This document shows, one piece after another, positions 61,194 to 64,000 of a stretch of 64,000 nt of DNA. A program made the position numbers and the translations under genes. The DNA comes from Schmidtea polychroa (Eukaryota), in NCBI GenBank assembly GCA_044892525.1, contig CM097885.1:228160001-228224000 (forward strand), written 5' to 3'. How positions within the stretch are numbered: the first letter of the stretch is position 1; every line of letters starts with the position of its first letter. The notes under the pieces were generated by a model, which searched no databases, was not told the DNA's origin, and saw only the letters and a program-made list of their open reading frames with translations.

Positions 61194-63998
61194 TTATTTG
61201 AGGCAATCGCTATAACGCTTTTTGTATTCTGGTGAGATTGTTGTGTTCTTGTCAAAAATTTTTGTTAAGTCTTTTTCGCTGAATCTGATGTGTTTCTGGT
61301 TTGTCTGTATTTCTGTTCGTTCTTGAGTTTTGTACTTTGGGTGGTTGTTTTCGTGATATGGTTTTAATCTGCGTATGTTTATTTTGATTTGTTTATTGTG
61401 TTTTAAAATTGTGCCAACGTTTTTATACATATTTAACAGTTTGTATGGGCCTTCGTACTTTGTTTCAAATCCGCTAGTGAAGGGTTTCTTTACTAAAACC
61501 ATGTCTATTATTAGTTCTGTTTGGTTTTGGGTTTTATTATTATTTTTGTTTTTTAGAATACTTTTTAGTATGGGTATTTGTGATTCTTTGGCGGTAGTTT
61601 TTATCTTGTTTTCGTTTTCGTCCTTTAAGTTTGGTAGGTTTGTATGGTGTCCAAAAACTGATTGGCTAGGGCTTTTGTTGTTTAGGCTTGAAGGGTTGTT
61701 TCGTAATCCTATTAGTATTTCTGGTAATTTTTCTAACCAGTTGTTGTTATTATTTGTTTTTGTTCTGATTGCTTGTTTTAATGATCGGTGTAATCTCTCG
61801 ACTTTTCCGTTTGATTGTGGATTGTATGCTGTTGTTCTGGTTTTGTTGATGTTATATTTGTTGCAAAGTCCTTTGAAAATGTCGGATTCAAATTGCCTAC
61901 CCTGATCGCTGATTATTGTCTTTGGGCAGCCATACCGGGCGAACCAGTTTAATTCTAATTTACTGCATATTTTTGCTGCTGATATTTCCTTTATGGGAAT
62001 GGCTTCGAACCAATTTGTTTTTCGATCTATTATAGTTAATAAGTACTTGTGTTTATTATTTGGAGGTAGAGGGCCGACTATGTCGATATGTATCGTTTCG
62101 AACGGTTCAGAACTTGGGAATTGTACAATTGTTGTTTTGAATTGTTTTGTTGTTATTTTATTCTTTTGACACTGTGGGCAATTTTTTACGAATGTTTTTA
62201 CGTCCCTTCTCATATAAGGCCAAACAACTTTGGTATGCAGAAGTTCGTATGTGGCTTTGTTTCCCGGATGGTAGATGTTGTGGTATTTTTGGAGGTATTG
62301 ATCGCGCAGTTCTGCTGGTACTACAATCCTTTTGTTATTGTCATTTGAAGTGTCGTACCATATGCCGTCTATTTCTTCCAGATGGAGTGAATTCATCCTT
62401 GGAGTTTCGATTGTTGTTTCTTTTTGTTTAGTTTTTAACTTTTCTAACTCTATGATGGGTGTTATGTTAAGTGCATTTATGTCAGTTTCTATTCTTGATA
62501 ATGCATCTGCACTTATGTTAGCAGAACCTGCTATGTATTTTATTTTGCAATTAAATTGTGAAATATAGTTTAATTGTCTTATTTGTCTCGGTGAAGGATT
62601 TTTCATGTTCATTGCGTTTATTAAGGGTTTATGGTCGGTATACACTTCGAAATCTTTTCCTTCCAAAAAGTATTGGAAATGTCTGATTGTATCATGTAAC
62701 GCTAATAACTCCCTGTCAAAAGTGGAGTATCTCATTTGGTGAGTTTTGAGTTTCTTTGAGAAGAAGGCTATTGGTCTTTTTTCGTTATTTTCTTCTTGGA
62801 ATATCGTTCCGCCCATTGCTACTCCCGAACAATCTGTGTTGACTATGTATGGTAAATCTTGGTTGGGATAGTTTAGGATGCTTGCATTTTTCAGATTTTC
62901 TTTTGCCTGCTCGAACGCTGTTATTAGTTTTTCGTTCCAATCTATTTTGATGTTTCTCTTTATTTTGTTCAGTTCATTGAGAGGGGCTAGCATTTCACTA
63001 CATCTTGGTATGTATTTGTGATAGAAATTGATCATTCCAAGGAAACGTCTTAGCTCTTTAGTAGTTTTGGGTAGGGGGTAATTTTTGATTGCTTTGATTT
63101 TGTCGTCTAAAGGTCTTGTTCCGTTTTCGTTTAACATGTGTCCCAGGAATTTTATTTCTGTTTTCAGAAATTCACATTTTTTTATGTTAATTTTTAGCTC
63201 GTGTTTGCTTAATATTTCGAACACATTTTTAATATTTTGTATATGTTCTGTTTTGTTTGCAGATGCTATCAGAATGTCGTCAAGGTATGCGACTGTGTTC
63301 TGTTGATTTCGTAATATTTGGTCCATGAAGCGTTGGAAAGTGGCTGCAGCATTTTTTAATCCGAAAGGCATTTTGTTATACTCGAACAGTCCTATGGGTG
63401 TGATGATTGCTGTTTTCTTTATGTCTTCAGTTCTGACGGGAATTTGATGATAGGCTTTTTGTAAATCGATTTTGCTGAAAATTTTGGGTTTGTTAAATCT
63501 GTTGATGATATCGTTTATTATTGGGATTGGGTATTTGTCGGCTGTTGTGATATTGTTTAATGCTCTGTAGTCTCCGCAGGCTCGCCATTCGCCGTTTGCC
63601 TTTTCTTTAAGCATGAGGGCTGATGACCAGTTTGAGTTTGAGTGTTTGACGATTTGATTTTCTAGTAGTTCGTCGAATATTTTCTTAGTTATCTCGAGTT
63701 TATTTTTGTCTAACTGTCTGACTTTTGCATGGACTGGGTTTCCGTTGCTAATTATTATGTGTTCGGTTATGCATTTGGTGTTATTGTTTGCTTCTAATTT
63801 ATTAGTTATATTTGCTACATTTTGTATCAGTTTTGTGATTTCGTTAGGTATGTGCCAGTTTGTTTCTGTTTTATTTGTTTTTTCTTCACCGTTTTGGGCT
63901 GTTATTACTCCGATGTCACAATTGATTTGTTTTTTTGATTGTTTATTTTTGTGGTGTATGTCATTTGAATTGTTTGGTATGACTTTTCCATTCTTACA
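61194..63998 (-). CDS. pol: Uninterrupted Ty3/gypsy pol (RT-RNase H-integrase), CsRn1-like; open to the window edge
   Basis: The track ORF 61194-63614 extends upstream without a stop (hand-translated ...EHIIISNGNPVHAKVRQL...SNWSSALM). Motifs WRACGDYRALN, YLDD, TDCS, YTDHKPL, H..H/C..C and HIDIVGPLP / DQGRQFES / NGKVER. Confidence 0.95.
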   Translation of the reverse strand, partial: CKNGKVIPNNSNDIHHKNKQSKKQINCDIGVITAQNGEEKTNKTETNWHIPNEITKLIQNVANITNKLEANNNTKCITEHIIISNGNPVHAKVRQLDKNKLEITKKIFDELLENQIVKHSNSNWSSALMLKEKANGEWRACGDYRALNNITTADKYPIPIINDIINRFNKPKIFSKIDLQKAYHQIPVRTEDIKKTAIITPIGLFEYNKMPFGLKNAAATFQRFMDQILRNQQNTVAYLDDILIASANKTEHIQNIKNVFEILSKHELKINIKKCEFLKTEIKFLGHMLNENGTRPLDDKIKAIKNYPLPKTTKELRRFLGMINFYHKYIPRCSEMLAPLNELNKIKRNIKIDWNEKLITAFEQAKENLKNASILNYPNQDLPYIVNTDCSGVAMGGTIFQEENNEKRPIAFFSKKLKTHQMRYSTFDRELLALHDTIRHFQYFLEGKDFEVYTDHKPLINAMNMKNPSPRQIRQLNYISQFNCKIKYIAGSANISADALSRIETDINALNITPIIELEKLKTKQKETTIETPRMNSLHLEEIDGIWYDTSNDNNKRIVVPAELRDQYLQKYHNIYHPGNKATYELLHTKVVWPYMRRDVKTFVKNCPQCQKNKITTKQFKTTIVQFPSSEPFETIHIDIVGPLPPNNKHKYLLTIIDRKTNWFEAIPIKEISAAKICSKLELNWFARYGCPKTIISDQGRQFESDIFKGLCNKYNINKTRTTAYNPQSNGKVERLHRSLKQAIRTKTNNNNNWLEKLPEILIGLRNNPSSLNNKSPSQSVFGHHTNLPNLKDENENKIKTTAKESQIPILKSILKNKNNNKTQNQTELIIDMVLVKKPFTSGFETKYEGPYKLLNMYKNVGTILKHNKQIKINIRRLKPYHENNHPKYKTQERTEIQTNQKHIRFSEKDLTKIFDKNTTISPEYKKRYSDCLK

Positions 63999-64000
63999 GT

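Noticed and set aside
61375-63306. Plus-strand ORFs antisense to pol (and minus-strand ORFs within 46976-50251)
   Set aside because: Shadow frames of skewed coding sequence with no recognisable domains.

Overview
Very AT-rich eukaryotic genomic DNA from a draft assembly (N gaps at 8020-8235, 15231-15406, 27713-27929, 43012-43435, 43695-43822), with long (TA)n arrays and ~45-nt GT-AG introns. The composition resembles a planarian-type flatworm, but the organism cannot be established from sequence. No prokaryotic features, CRISPR arrays, rRNA or tRNA genes were seen. The backbone appears to be one plus-strand host gene for a Ser/Thr/Asn-rich protein, with phase-compatible exons at 16477-16627, 22250-22642, 36733-36980 and 42753 to the gap. 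The rest is dominated by mobile DNA: a complete but decayed 4.6-kb Ty3/gypsy element (46735-51343); a gypsy element with an uninterrupted pol and its 3' LTR (about 60233-64000, minus); a related solo LTR (19539-20479) inserted in a TMEM38/TRIC-like pseudogene; mariner, pogo/Tigger, Merlin, Penelope-like, LINE and BEL relics; and about ten hAT- or piggyBac-type MITEs. The most interesting observations are: (i) a 44-nt stem-loop and a 36-nt palindrome conserved with compensatory changes between two otherwise divergent LTRs, flanking a hypervariable repeat cargo; (ii) an intact minimal type I hammerhead ribozyme next to a TA array; (iii) apparent 3-bp TAT target duplications on two LTR insertions, one calibrated by the interrupted ORF; (iv) a gypsy gag ATG formed by the LTR/PBS junction, with the pol stop inside the 3' LTR. 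All family assignments rest on recalled motifs and hand translation, not database searches.
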